A program made the translations under genes and the position numbers. Source: Botryllus schlosseri (Eukaryota). From it: 64,000 nucleotides of DNA. The DNA lies in contig CM119371.1 in NCBI GenBank assembly GCA_051294905.1, positions 10,914,001 through 10,978,000 on the forward strand. The letters are read 5' to 3'. Shown piece by piece: positions 27,000 through 41,010 of the stretch. Each line of letters opens with the position of its first letter. Position 1 is the stretch's first letter. Below the pieces are notes generated by a model. That model searched no databases and had not been told where the DNA came from. It was given only the letters and a program-made list of their open reading frames with translations.

Positions 27000-27908
27000 C
27001 AGTGGCTCTCAACCGCCGGATCGCGGACCGGTGTCGGTCCGTGGCAAGTTTGTTACCGGTCCGCGAAGTATATTCGAATTTTATACCTCAATTCCGAAAT
27101 GCAAGAAGATGGACGCTTATCCAATAATTATAGAAATAAAACATCAAATTATACATCGATTTATGAGTTACGGACGTATTTTGTGCGTTATGTCGCAATA
27201 GAGCATGCAGACCCCAATCTGGGGACGTGAAACAATCTGCAGTGGGACGCGAAACCGCCCGAGAGAATTGAAGTTTCTTGAACTCAGAATGAGTTCAATT
27301 TGTGCCTAATCTTCCGAGTTCCATCAACGGCAATATTCCGAATTACATCGCGATTTTAACTGCAATGGTCGTGTCGTACCAACTATACAACTAGGATTGC
27401 ATGTAGAGCAAAACTCAGTTCAAAACAAAAAAGTTTTAAACATGGCTCTTTTAAAACAGTTTTCTTGACTGATTTTAATCGAATTGTCTCACATCGTCGA
27501 ACTTCTTGTATACTCTTTATGAAGCGCATTTTATGGCAGGCCAAAAGTATTCAATTGAATTAATTATTCTCTTGCCGAACACCCGCGATCCAGAGATATA
27601 AATTGTTTGTCCTGTGAAGAAGTGACAAGTTTGAATGGCGTGCGGTCCGCGCTATTGGTTTTTGATTTAGCTCATGATCACACCTTTGAGCCAAGCTTAA
27701 GATGGTATTGGACACTAAAATCGCTAAAATATGTATATGATACTTGCCATAGGGTTAGTTGAACATGATAACTTTGTCAAATTATTAAACAGATTTTTTT
27801 TTCAGTTCGTAAATATTGCCCTGTGTTCGGTCCGAATTTATTTCATATCAACGATAAGGCGCGCGAAATATTTCACTGTCACCACGGGGAGCACTGAGAG
27901 AAGCACTG
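27000..27908. mobile_element. hAT MITE just upstream of gene A
   Basis: CAGTGGCTCTCAACC...GAGAGAAGCACTG; perfect TSD ctctaaat. Confidence 0.8.
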
Positions 27909-28202
27909 CTCTAAATTACATTACTTTGAACAGCAATCAGTTGAAGTCGCATTCATTTCCGAGTTAGCAGCTGTTGGATTCACAATACCTCTTGCGCGTG
28001 CAGCATAAAACGCATTCAACCAATTCGGTGGAGCAGGATATTGTTATTATAGGAACATTTTCATACTTCAATTGACATATTTCATGGGTGGCCAACCTTT
28101 TCGACTTGCAGATCGAGATGCGAGAGAAGCCGCAAACATTGCACAGGAAACCACGACCTACGATCTACCGCTAACAGACGAGTAAGCCTTAATGATCCGT
28201 CA

Positions 28203-28765
28203 TTGCAAGTCGATCTGGAATGGGCTATATACCAAAGGACTGACCAGGGAGCAACGTATCGTCAATACCAACCTAACGTCTACACGACAATTCCAAGACA
28301 AGTATCGCGAAGAAATGAATCCACGATATTACGGTTAGGAACGGGACAATGCGGGTGGAATGGACATCTCCCCAGAATAGGAGTGTCTGCTACATATCTT
28401 TGTGCACATTATGGAGTCATCGAAGACGTGCGACATTTTTAGATGGATTGTCCGGCACTGGAACTACGCAGACAGATACTAAGAAACAGTGCACAGCGAA
28501 AGCGAATCCCATTCAACTTGAACAACTTATTGACGTACACCAATATATTACAACACGTAATCGACTTTGTGGTATCATCGGGACGACGTATATAATTACT
28601 GACATTTGACTTCCCAATGAGAATATCGTGTACTGAATTTGTAATGTAGCTTGTGCTATTGATGAAATTTATTGTTGTGTGGTGCAGAAGACCACGCTGT
28701 TGTAAGCACCATAACATGGTTTTATTAATATTAAATAAAATAAATAACAAACAAATTACAGACAA
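28203..28765 (+). mobile_element. 3' end of an I/Nimb-type LINE (ORF2 C-terminal zinc-knuckle region), 5'-truncated
   Basis: One frame to TAA at 28593-28595: ...SRRNESTILRLGTGQCGWNGHLPRIGVSATYLCAHYGVIEDVRHF*MDCPALELRRQIL...VIDFVVSSGRRI*, a degenerate RL.TG...L.RIG..C..C..ED..HF..CP motif; followed by a TAAA/CAAA-rich tail. Confidence 0.75.
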
Positions 28766-29439
28766 ATCTTAAGATGTATTGGCAATGGCATGATACACAT
28801 TACTAGACTATAGATTTACGTATTTACTCGGCGAATAGATTCAGAGACATTGCTTTGGTTAGGATGATTTACGCTCATAGTTTTGTTTCAATGAGCTGTC
28901 TACGTCCATCGTGATGTAGCCTACATTGTCACATTGCCTATACATTGTACACGTGAGCTAAGACTGCCTTTCTGAAAACCACAGGAAACATATTCGTAAA
29001 TGCCTATGGCTGTTGGTATATTGCAGTGCTTTTCAACCTGTGGGGTAGCATCACGCACTTCTGCCAATGCAAAAAATTGTATTGCAGATGACAAACTTTT
29101 TCTGTTGTCGAATAGTTCCAATGAACTTTATGGGATATTTAGGTACAGTGGCTCTGACACTTTTGCCGTTGAGACGCATTTGTTAAAACCTGTTGGACCT
29201 CCGACGCCACATTATAATCGTAGCTTCAAAAATATAGTTGTCTCTTCGCAACCGTAGTTTAAGCCTGTAGAGTTGTGCAACGACCGGATGCGCAGCTAAG
29301 AGACACATGTATTTTGAGACCAACCCCGTTCGCAACGGAACACATAAGGGCATGAGGTTTTGGCAACACGTGCTAGGTTACCATGAGGTCGTATCTCCGT
29401 TCAGTAAAGCATATCGATGGTGCAGGCAAAAAAATATCA

Positions 29440-29585
<146 letters not shown>

Positions 29586-30458
29586 GGCAGCGGGATAAAA
29601 CCTTGGCTACAGACTAACCGTTGCTGGTTAGCTAAGGCCTTTGATGCTAGTATGTCCGGTAGTTAAAATTGCCGGCACCGAATACTCCGGCCTTGCAATC
29701 TGAGTTGTTAGAAGTTGAAATATAGTGCAAATGCAGTCCAAATGCAACTCGAAGAGGAAAATGACGCACCCCAATTTGAAATCGCGTTCGTGACACATGT
29801 TTCATAGAGCGGAGTTGCGTAGATCTTTAATCTGCGCGTTCTCCATATCATGCATGCCCGTAACATGCTAATATGTAAAGCAAACATTCCGTTTAATGTG
29901 TCAGGATTGAGTTGCGACATGCCAGTAAAACTCAGATTTCGGTCTCTAGCAAAAAGTTTAGGAATCTTTAAAGTTATTTATGGTTAACTTCCGAGTTAGA
30001 TTGAGCTAAAGAATCAAGCACGCGGCGTGGAGACTCCCTCTGCTCTTCTAATTTACTCACGAGTCATAAAATGGAAAATTGTAGAAACATAACACAAGTA
30101 AGAACAGCGTACAATAGGGGGCGAGCTCTGATGTCCCCACTATCATTTTTTGTATCTTATTTTTCAAGCCATCAGGGAGAAGCATTTAAACTAAGATCTA
30201 AGTTGTTCAAACCTTTGATAAACGGGAGCATCCGGGACCTATGTATCATACTAATAAAACGATGTCTACCCGAAATAATATTTTACCCGCAGAAAATACG
30301 CTGTATTTTGGAAAGTAGTGGTGGATAGTTATTAAAAAGACCTGACCACCAAAACACTGGAAGTTCAATTACAAACCTAGCGACTTATTCGTGCACTTAG
30401 TTGAAATCAAAACGAGGGAAACAGTTGTCATTTTAATTGGATTATTGATTGCCCAGAC

Positions 30459-30778
30459 CAGTGGTTCTCAACCTTTTTCAGACACGCCCCCCTCATGATA
30501 GTGAAAAATTTCGCGCCCCCTTATCGCGATATCACGAAATCCAACCGTGATGCTAGCAACCCCAACATATTGTTTGATGGCATGGAAGGTTATGACTGTT
30601 GATGAGAGAATTAAAAAAATTGAAATTCGGTCAATATATAGAGAAACACCCGTGAATTGGAGGTAAATCGCGCAGTGCACGAATTTTTTTTCAGTTGACA
30701 TCTTCTTTTCACCCCCCCTTCAAATGTTTAACGCCCCTCAAGGGGGGGGGGGGCGCGCCCCCAGGTTGAGAACCACTG
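30459..30778. mobile_element. hAT MITE, 320 bp
   Basis: CAGTGGTTCTCAACC...GGTTGAGAACCACTG; TSD gcccagac/gcctagac; same family as 39977-40134. Confidence 0.88.
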
Positions 30779-31069
30779 GCCTAGACCATTAGCCATTACA
30801 TCTGAACAAAACAACTGTTACGTCTCTCGATTTTTTCTGTAGAATGATTTCCGGATGATTTGTGCGGATGGAATTTTTTTTGCTGAAATCTGCGGATAGT
30901 GTCTAAAAAGGTTGTAAACCACTGGTACATAGAATACCAAGTTATCGCATTCTTTTTGATGCCTCACCGAGACTGTAAAAGTAAATTATCGTCGCATGAT
31001 CGCACATATATCTATAACAGTGATTTTCATCCTTTTTGAGCTTCATTCGCTCTTTTTTTGGAATGTTCG

Positions 31070-31305
31070 TCTACCAGTGCTTGGATGGCGAGGTCTTGAG
31101 AACTCTTCTGCACTTCTATCCAAAATACATCGTATTTTCCGCGAGTGAAAAGTGCCTGCTGGCAGAAATCGTTTTTGAGAGATGACACATGGAGGCTCCA
31201 GTAAGAAGAAAGGAGAAAATCCCACATACAGCGTATTTTCCGCCAGAGAAAATGCTTCCTGGCAGAAATCGTTTTTGTGAGATGACACACGGAGGCCCAG
31301 TTTGT
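31070..31305. repeat. Two-copy tandem unit within a dispersed repeat family
   Basis: ctggcagaaatcgtttttgWgagatgacaca occurs twice about 110 bp apart; the reverse complement resembles ~3270-3343 and ~30290-30360. Confidence 0.55.
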
Positions 31306-32868
31306 CGAAATGAGGAAAGTCCCACGTGTTCGTGTTGGGGCTTTTGCCTGGTACCGTGGAAAATAATATCCAAAACGATCAAGGAGAGTAGGGGCATTAA
31401 ACCTCGCTAACTTATGATATGTTGCTCCAACTTGTGTTCTATTTTTTGCGATGTCCCATTTCTGTCTCACAAGTAAATGAAAAGAGCAACGGAAGTCACG
31501 ATACCGTATGCTCGGCTCCTTAGCACAATCTATCTTTAAAGTTCATAACAGTTGAATAAACTCAAAACCATTATTTGAACTACGACTAAAATTTAAGTTT
31601 TCGTGGCATCTTGCGACTCGAGCCTCACACATGAAAGAGAACTTATTTTTAATATTACAGTAGTATGTTAAGATTTTACGGACATGTATGACATACAGAG
31701 CGCGCACACCACGATTGTACCCAACACAGCTCTACGAAACATGGCTGACGCACGCGATTTCAAATTAGGGTGAATTAAATTCCTCTGCGCGTCGCATTTG
31801 TACTATAGTATACTGTCTACTCAGATTGCAAGAACGGAACTATCCGGTGCCGACTGCTGAAAATGTAGCATATCCAAATCGAAAGGTTTAGCCATCCAGC
31901 GACGGTCATTTTTTTGCCAAATTTTTGTCGCCGCTGGTGTTTGGGCACCGCATTTTATCAGAGGTATGTTGACAAAAACTTTACTTCTTCATGCCTCCCG
32001 ACGAGGAAGGGATTGGCCTCGAAATGACTGAGTCTCAAAAACCTGAACTCGCTCGTTGCACAGTCCTACACTATAGTTCTTCTTAACGGTATTCAACCAT
32101 GTTTTCCAAAAGAAAAAAAAAACACCCGGACAAATAGTACCATGAATCGAAAACAAAGTTCGGCAGATTCTCATGATCAAGGCATATTTTCGGCGTGTGT
32201 CGCGTATTGGCTATATTGCCCAACACACTTTGATATGTAAAAATTATCGCAGTATTTTTGTAATAAATTCAACGAATATTACATACATATACACAGATAG
32301 CTCTGGCTTCGTGTTGACCCAAAATCTTAATCCTTGCGGCTCAAACTTCAATAACCCTTGAAGGGGTATAAATTTGCGTTACAGTAACATGCAAATGTCG
32401 GTCTGAAATAATGGTATTCACTACTATCCTCGTGCCTCGCGCTAATCGAACTGTCATTACGAAAATATGATAATTTCTAAGCGAAATACAGTAGAAAGTC
32501 GATTTGATGTAATTTTTTCAGCTTGTCTCCGGCTGAGACTGACTGATATAGTGTATGTCTTCCACTACACCGGCTTTCAAACCAGGCTTTTGATTACGTA
32601 ATAGTTAAAATGCAAAAATAATAATTCACTACTGCTTGTGGGAGACAAAGTTATTGTCAAAGTATTTATACAATTGCGACGCAACTACAAAAGTTAGGAA
32701 GACACTACCCTTGAATTTCGTAATAGGTTCATTTGAATTATCAGAGAAAAATGAACCAGTATTTACGATTTTCATTCGGATTTTCATTCGCACCATTCTC
32801 ACCACCTTCGTCATTCGTACAAGTGCGTACCATCTCACAGGTTGAGAAGCACTGGTCTATAATATGTT

Positions 32869-33429
32869 CCGGCATCCCGATGAAGAGACAGTGTGACATT
32901 GGCAACCAGCTCAGATGCGATGATTAGACGATCAAAGATTCAAAGGCCATTCCAGCATGGCCTATTCGATATTCATATTTGAAGTATGCTTAAATAAATT
33001 GCATTTACTGCGAAATACTGCTTTCTGAATCCACCATTACAGGTTGCGTATGTCTGTGGCGTTTAACGGATCTCACTCAAATGTGCTCACTTCTCTCAGA
33101 ATGAGATAGATTGTCGTGGAAATTTCTCTCAGGCAACTTCGCACTATCGTATACTCGTGGTTGAGACACTGCTGACACGGTAATCCAATTCACTATGAAC
33201 CAACAAATCCTATATCCACGAGATAGCACTCATCCCAGTTAATTTCTATACAACATCTCAGCTACTGCGTGCATAGAAATAATTTATACTTTCATAAAAG
33301 TTTGATGAGTCACACATTTTCCTACATCCGTCATTCCATGACAGAAAGGTTTGGAATACCAAACTAACTTCCGCGCTTTGTCCCTTGCCATCGACTAATC
33401 ATGATTTTCGCATGCTGTGTAGTGTCTTG
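32869..33429. repeat. Dispersed ~600-bp repeat of unknown class, copy 2
   Basis: Colinear with 4301-4910, with a short internal deletion. Confidence 0.7.
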
Positions 33430-34166
33430 ATCGGGGGTTCTTAAACTGTGGGCCATTTGAGGTGAACCCCAGAGTTATGCGGAAAATTGTAAAATTAGTG
33501 AACGTTTTATATATATATATATATTTGTTGTTTTTCGCTTGGAAATCGATTCATATTATCGAATTTTACGCAGGCTAGCCTACCTAAAGCTTTTCATCCG
33601 ACTCCCTTGAGACGTAGCGGCGCGTATGGGGTCACAATGTGCAAGTGGAATTGAGGAGGGGGAAACAGCGGCTATGACAGGGGTGGACAAACTTTTTAGT
33701 TAGCAGGCCACATTCAACATCTTGATTCATTCGTGGGCCACACTATATAAAATTAGGATTATAAACCAGAACGCAAAATCGGTATTTGATTAGATAGTGA
33801 GGATATGGAAATAAAATATATGCCTATTTAAAACAATTAAACCATTGATTTGGTGATATCGTACATGCGACAGAAACACTGGCCAGATTTCAGATGCTGG
33901 CCAACCTCAATAAACAATTTTCAAAAATCTCAGATTCCCTGATTCTCAGAACAAGATGCAGATTTGAATCTGTGAGCAGTGATCTGTTTATAAATTTGCT
34001 GATTCTACTTTGGATCTTTTTAAATGCGAAGACCCATGATCACATGCGTAGGTGGAGCCAAAAATGGTCAGTACAGCACGCAGTAGTAGCCTACATACCC
34101 ACTGTAAGGTGTGATGAGTCAGTGACGTGGGTTCAGGGGAGGCCAGTGAGACAATGCTTCACCTAC

Positions 34167-34966
34167 CAGAATTGCCAGACATCTTTTGAGAAAAAGGACC
34201 AAACAGCGCCCGAAAGGGGCCAAAAAGGGCCAAACTGATCAATATCGTTAATAACGTTGCAACATTATCCATATACATTTTGGCAACCACCTGGAATTCC
34301 AGTTTTATATTGTTGATACTGTTGTAGGACACCAAATCCACTGCTTACCACTACACTGGATCCAACTAAAATAACTGCTATTATTTCAGGCCTTTTCCAG
34401 CTGAATATAAAATCGTAAAATGAAACTTTTTGTGCTATAATATGAGAGCGATTAAATTTCATGAATTTTAATTAAAAATTGAGAGAATAGTGTTTTTACA
34501 TTTGAAACTTATCCAACTTATATACTTAATTTTGAGGTTTTTCAGCAAAAAACGCGGTCATGTTGATTTTTTTTTTTAATTTCTATCAATCATCAAGAAC
34601 TATAAGGGTACTCTTCTTCAGACTTTTTCTACTACTTAGCTTCCAGCCCTGATCGATGCTTTCTCGTCTACCTGTTCACAAATCTGTATTTACAATTCTA
34701 ACACAGTCTACATTCTACAAAAACAAATCCAAATCTTCTACAGTGTTTCTACTCGAATCTTTGACATTGGCATAAGCATTGTCAGCTCAATTTGTGAGAT
34801 AGATTTATTTGTAAATTTTTTGATGGTATGTCTCAACTACTTCCAAAAAGGGCCAAATATTGAAAATAAAGGGCCAGGGGGCCAAATTATTTTTTTAGGG
34901 CCAACTGCCTCTAAAAAGGGTCAAATTTTGGAATTTAGCCCCAAAAGGGCCAATCTGGCAACCCTG
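34167..34966. mobile_element. hAT MITE with AAAAGGGCCAA subterminal repeats
   Basis: CAGAATTGCCAGA...TCTGGCAACCCTG; perfect TSD tcacctac. Confidence 0.85.
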
Positions 34967-34973
34967 TCACCTA

Positions 34974-35555
34974 CCGAATATAAACATGGAATGGCAACTA
35001 CCGGTTTTGTAACTTCGCTCCGCTTCGCTCCGCTTCGCTGAGGCTGCATTCAGAATTGTTTCGCGGCAGCGACTGTAGGAATTCTGGCAATCCAAAAACT
35101 TTATTCCAGATTGCAGAATTTACTGAATCTGGTCTTGATCCACAGATACTGTCGCCCTGATTCCGAATATTTTATTTAAAATATGGTCAGGCTCCGGACT
35201 TTGACGAAAAATCACCCTCCGCATCTAAAACCTGTATTGTTCAGAACAATAGGATGGCCGCTAAACAATGACCTTAACAATGACCCGTTGCGACTCTTCC
35301 ATTGTTTTGACAATGCCGATATTTCAGAATCGGAAGGCGAATTCCTGGTGGTTCAGTGCGTGATCGTATTTCAACTTATATTTTAGGAATCGGCGCAACA
35401 GTAGTTTCAATCAAGACCAGATTCAGTACATTCTGGACTCTGGAAGATAACTTTTGGATTGCCAGAAATCTTACAGTCGCTGCCGCAAAACAATTCTAAA
35501 TACTACCTCAGCGAAGCGGAAAAATCGGTCGTTGCCATTCCATGTTAACATTCGA
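34974..35555. mobile_element. Foldback element with ~200-bp inverted arms, TA-flanked (Tc1/mariner-like MITE)
   Basis: ~34974-35170 is an imperfect reverse complement of ~35385-35555 (aacatggaatggcaac / gttgccattccatgtt; gcggcagcgactgta / tacagtcgctgccgc); TA on both sides. Confidence 0.75.
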
Positions 35556-35671
35556 TACCTCGCCTGTCGTCAGGATGAATGGACGATGTTCAGTTCATAC
35601 ACGGCTAATTTTGAACATTCTACCCCTGCAATCAGGATATTCTCATATTGCGCCAAAGGAGGGCGACGAGG

Positions 35672-35885
35672 AAGCAAGCGGTGCAGTTGGTTACCCACCA
35701 GCGTCACGACACCGATATCAGTGGTTCGTATCCCGATTCAGTGGTTCGAATCCCGATTCGAGCCAAGTGCCTATGTGCCGGAGGTTCATCTGGGCTCTTC
35801 ATCGCTAACCTTGCTGAGATTGCAGTGTTTGAAAAAGCCCAGGATGAAGGTGAGCCGAGCCAAGCAGTCGGCAGCTATGACTGAA
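35672..35885 (+). mobile_element. Putative tRNA-derived SINE
   Basis: A-box-like GGTGCAGTTGG at ~35680 and B box GGTTCGAATCC at 35743-35753, with a 20-bp tandem duplication covering the B box; no intact cloverleaf. Confidence 0.5.
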
Positions 35886-35889
35886 GTTA

Positions 35890-37026
35890 CACACGCACGA
35901 AAAACGAGATGCCAAGCACCAAAACTGCAAAAAATAAAAGTGTAAAAATGCCAAAAAATTGGACTTCTGAAAATATAGATTTTTAGGAATAATTTTGACA
36001 GACATGTCTACAAGAATGGACAGGAGTTTTTATGAAGCGACAAAACATGTGAACAAATCAGAATTCTTAAATTAGGGTGCGTGAATACTCCGGGGGTCCA
36101 TGAAATATGAAACGTGAACGAAAAGGTCAAAAAGTCCGGTGAATAAATGTGCACATACGACCAATCTGTGGATTGATCAATCCAGCGATTAGGAAGTAGA
36201 TGATCTCTGCAGGCCAAAGTAGTAATCAGCATGTTTTGGAATCTGTGATAGCGCGCCCCAATTTCAAAACATAGTGCGATTACTAGGTATTTTCCTGTTT
36301 TTACCGCTCGTGCATTTTGCTACGTCATGTAGCCGTCACGCGTGACCCAATCTGCATTTAGCTCAATGCGCGTTATACCATATTCTATTGCCCTTTAACT
36401 TGCAATTGAAAACTGTCTGCATGTTCTTTGTTCAATAACTCATATATTGTGTCACGCTTCCAATAGGAACAGTCAAGGCGCAAAAAGCCTCCAGATCTAT
36501 GCGTACCATACATACATATGTATATTCAGTACTTTCTTAGTTTTTCATTGCAAGGTGGATTATTTTTAATAGTATAAATATTGATTATAAAGTCACTCAT
36601 GATTTCTAACAATTGGTTGTGTAGTGAAAGCTGCCATTCAATCGTGTCAGAAACCTTTTTGAATTGTTATCATAAGTATTGTAACCTGTGTGAATGCCGG
36701 AAATTTTGCACGCATTTTGAATCGACTATATTGAGAATGGATATTACAGATGCGCTCGGTTTCTTATCGGGTAAATTTGGTCTCCAACATTGTTTTCAAT
36801 TCGGATTTAAATCTTGCTGTTTGGTGGCACAGTGTGGATTGGATACTGCATGGATTGGGACTTCAGTAGCACAAGAAAGACCAAACTGAAGCGCTTTACA
36901 TGGTCAATTCGAGTCTATAAATATGGATTCATGGCGATGCCAAAACTACCAAAAATAAAATCTGAAAATTGCCAAAAATAAGCTATTTTTGTTATATTTG
37001 GCATATGCCAAAAATTACACGACCTG
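35890..37026. mobile_element. Degraded member of the 19048-20408 hAT family
   Basis: Right end TTTGGCATATGCCAAAAATTACACGACCTG and GCCAAAA repeats at both ends. Confidence 0.6.
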
Positions 37027-38484
37027 CTGATGATGGACGAGCGCGTGAATGGAAGTCTTCCGTAATACTATTGAAAAAGACGTCACAAAGAATTGATATT
37101 ACGGAACTTAGTGTACTGGGTGCAAATGACTTCAGAGTTTAAAAGCGCCAGTGTCGTGAATAAAACAAACAAAGAAACAGGCGAGAGTCGTAGAAGAGTT
37201 CTTTCGTATTTCAAGCTGATGTGTTGCTGAGTTGCATCTATGAACTTCATTGATGCGGTTTAATGTGAAGGCACAACTTCTACTGGAACTTGTGTAAAAT
37301 TTAGCTTCACTACTTCTACTGCATGATTACTTCGACCACCTGTACGTTTTCCTGATGCATATTCAGCATCTTCTGCGACACAATCATCGACAGATATGAG
37401 ATTTCGCACAGAGCACATGTCATATAGAATGTACGTTCTTAGAAAACTATCCGTTACTATGTAAATTAACTCATCTGAAGCGGAAATACTTCCGTTCCGA
37501 TCATTTCTACAGAAAAGTCGAAGAAGCGCAATCTGTTAGCGACTTATACCATCCATCATAATATTCATAAAGCATGTGTATTTATACGGAAAATACAAAA
37601 CCTATTGAAATACGCAAGTGGCAATTCCGTTTATTATAGAGAGTGAGTAACAGCGACATAATAACTCTATAGTAACATAACACGTCATAATTACAATGAT
37701 ATGACTGTTTAATACTGCCTGATTTTCAAATGCAACATGCGATATTTTGCAGCATCAACGGTTTACAACTGCGAGATTAAAATGGCTATAACCAAAATAT
37801 ATCGCTATCGTAATTGTTGTATTGGTATTCATGGTGCTTCGAAAACATTGGACATTTTACATCAGGCTCCTCCTCGCCATATCATCCGGGTAAGCTGTGC
37901 CTTATAAAAGCCTAGCAGTGGGCCGTGCTATACTAGTCGGCAGCTACGGAATAAGAATAAATAAAATTTGCCAGGGGTAAATGACCATAGTAGTCGATAA
38001 ACTCTATGAATAGGTCTACCACGAACAAACAAACACTAGACCGATATTTAATTCGTATTAGTCACCCGATCAATCTAATTCTTGCGGATATATAATTTTT
38101 GAAGTCGTCTGCTGCACAACACCACATAGTTCTATGAAATCGGATGTATTACAACAAACATCATCCATCCTTTGAGGTTGATGTCAGTGAAATTTCTTAA
38201 TTATAGTATTTCCATGCAGGACTGTTTTTCATTTTGCACATCATCGATTCATCCAGCATTAACATTTGTCTACGCCGTCTGGTGGTTTTTATAATACAGA
38301 AATTACCGACTCCTAATGCTGAAGTCACGCTTAAACCAGTGACCAAATTTGTCTACTTTAAAAAGAAGCGTTAAGATTCGTGAATCATGATGGATCCGGG
38401 ATGGAGCTAAGGTCACTGTATCATGCGTCAGAGTGAAGCTTCAATACAACGGAAATACGTCAACAATTTGGTCTATCGACAGAT

Positions 38485-38767
38485 TCAACGATTCCCATAG
38501 ATAATGTTCTCCTTCATGGAAGCGCCTTTAGCAATACCTTCCACCTGCTGTTCTGCAAACGTGAATGGGCCGTGCGATTGGGGTGGATTCTTTTGATTGA
38601 TGACGCCGCCCGAATCTTCTCGGTAAGTGACCCCTTCCTCCGCCACTTCCGCGTACGTCGGATCCATTTCAGTGAGAACGAACTCTCTGTCTTCTCGGAT
38701 AACTCTTTGTCTGCTTCTTTTTCTAGCCAAAGCAATTTGAATTTCATTGGAATTTTCTATAACTGCC
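38485..38767 (-). CDS. Gene C terminal exon: cytoplasmic tail with Tyr motifs
   Basis: Phase-2 AG acceptor (alternative in-phase AG 12 nt downstream); AVIENSNEIQIALARKRSRQRVIREDREFVLTEMDPTYAEVAEEGVTYREDSGG...MKENIIYGNR*; joins the TM exon at 40733 in frame. Confidence 0.7.
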
Positions 38768-39976
38768 CTATTCGTTAATTTAGCTCGAAATGTAACCTTC
38801 AATAGTGTGGAGTACTGCTTATTGGATGAACATTTGAATGTTTTGAATATTTACGCCGATCAGTCGGGTCTCTCAAATGCAGAAATATCACGGGGATGTT
38901 AATACAAGGATGGCCGACAAAAGGAATATTTTTCGACACTGATACGAACTAACACATGTAGCACTCCAGTACCTAGTTTGCTAGTTGTTCATATGTTCAC
39001 TGGTCTTTATTGATACAGTACAATGGTATCTCAATGACGACACCTGGCTGTGTCACAGTGCTTAAACTATAGTCACATAAATGTTGAGTTGAGACTTTGA
39101 TGATAAACTTGTCGAGATTCCAGTGTCCCGGCTTTATTACAATTTATATTTCCTGTGTTAGTGTGACAGAATGAAAAATGAAAAATACTCGACTCGAGTC
39201 AATTTGTGTATTCAGTCGACTTGTGCTCGAGTCATGGCACATGACTCGGATCAAGTCATATGACTAGAGACTGGGTCTACCAAGACATGTATATCATTTT
39301 AATTTGTTTTGTTATTTAGTCTATCAGTACGAGTATTCGAAAATGCTGCCAGAAACTGTGAAAAGTGAGGAAAATAAGTATCCTATGAATGCGATGAATC
39401 AGATGTCACCGAGAAGAGTTCTCAAAAGTGGGATTACATGACATTAACTCGGAACTGAACAGTCAAGACATTGGCTTGAACTCGGAATTGATTCAAAACA
39501 CTATGACTCGGTCTTGACGTTCTACTCCGTGACTTGGACTCGGACTTGACTCGGTAGTGAAATGAAAATGACTCGAATTGACTCGATTCAAAACTACAAA
39601 AGTCAGATTGACTTATGACTCGGAACCTTGTGATTTGGTTACAACCCTGATCTCTGCTGTGAGCTTTACCCGCAATCATACAACATCAAGAAAAAAATAC
39701 GCTACATATAGGTGGTCAAGGAAAGATTTTATTCAACGAATCAATGAAATCGACATAGGAATACGTCGTTGTCTAATATGAAGAAATTTCGCAGCCGTAC
39801 GGGATCGATGTTGATTTGATATGGTTATTGTATCATGAAAACCAAATCCGTGCAGTTGGGGTGTTGGCTATAATATGCCATTTTTATGGAGTAATATCGA
39901 TAGCAAATATGGAACTACGTTTAACACTCTTTCACAATAGTCAGAAGCCGAATAAATTGTCCGGTTAGGCCTAGAC

Positions 39977-40134
39977 CAGTGATTCCCAACCTGGGGGGCG
40001 CGCCACACTTGGAGGGGTGGGGGGTACCATCAAACAATTTGTTGAGGTTGCTAGCATCTCAGTTGGATTTTGTGATATGATGATAAGGGGGCGCGAAATT
40101 CCGGCCGTGTCTAAAAAAAGGTTGAGAACCACTG
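39977..40134. mobile_element. Short hAT MITE, 158 bp
   Basis: CAGTGATTCCCAACC...GGTTGAGAACCACTG; perfect TSD gcctagac. Confidence 0.88.
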
Positions 40135-40732
40135 GCCTAGACCGTTAGAACGTAAGATTATATTCGGTTGCAAGTCCCCGTCCATGAGATTGGGGTGTTG
40201 GCTACTGCTGTATAAATTGTTAATGGGGTGATATCGGTAGCTAGTATAGAAAACCGTTTGCACTCTGCTCAATATCAATACTCAGACGCCGAATACATTG
40301 CCCAGTCTGGCCCTGACCGTCAAAGCGTAAGCTTATATTCCCGTGCAAGTAGGCTACTCGTCGGAACATAGTGATTTTATGGGATTATTATATCATTTGA
40401 TTACGCCAGTTCATGCATTGGGCGACGTTTAAAACGTCAACATGTACTTCAGTATTGTGGCATTATGTGGCCAGAGTCGTCGCTAAGTATTTTGTACAAC
40501 TGTACGTACATTTATATAGGCTATCACTTCACTGAAATGTAGGGCTGGAATTAGTAAAATGACGTCACTTGACGTCATGAGGTTCACGTTCGCGTTCACG
40601 CAGAACATTTCAAAAAAGTTCGCGTTTACACGAACCTGAACCTTTCAGAGGTTCACACCATCCCTACCCCGGACTATTCACAAATGACCGAATGAATGTT
40701 CTCTTTTACCAGCTCCACCTATTTTTACTTAC

Positions 40733-40832
40733 TTCTTGTACAACATCACGATGACCACTACCCATAGAATCGCAACAAGTCCACATGCCACTATTCCGAC
40801 CATGACGCCTGGCTCTAACTTCGATGCGAGAC
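40733..40832 (-). CDS. Gene C transmembrane exon
   Basis: tttttag|...|gtaagt; GLASKLEPGVMVGIVACGLVAILWVVVIVMLYKK; phase 1-2, like the gene A TM exon. Confidence 0.8.
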
Positions 40833-41010
40833 CTAAAAAAATAAATTGTCGATATGGTTCGATATGGTGTCGCAGTGTGTGTTAATACTTGAATACGTTG
40901 TGTTGGTATTCGTTGATTCATCGCAAAATGAATATAAATTGAGAACGAGGCAACGTTCGTCACATCAATGATATAATAAATGAAACTTAACAGAGACGGT
41001 TGGTCTAGAT

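Noticed and set aside
35672..35760. tRNA gene
   Set aside because: Only A/B-box-like motifs with a duplicated B box and no consistent cloverleaf; SINE-like instead.
35454..35945. 163-aa plus-strand ORF
   Set aside because: It crosses foldback, SINE and hAT boundaries and has no recognisable protein features.
38306..38667. Type II receptor model starting at MDPTYAEV with a 46-nt hydrophobic mini-exon at ~38306-38351
   Set aside because: A clean upstream TM exon (40832-40733) splices in phase, so this ORF is better explained as a type I cytoplasmic tail; gene A has its own signal peptide.
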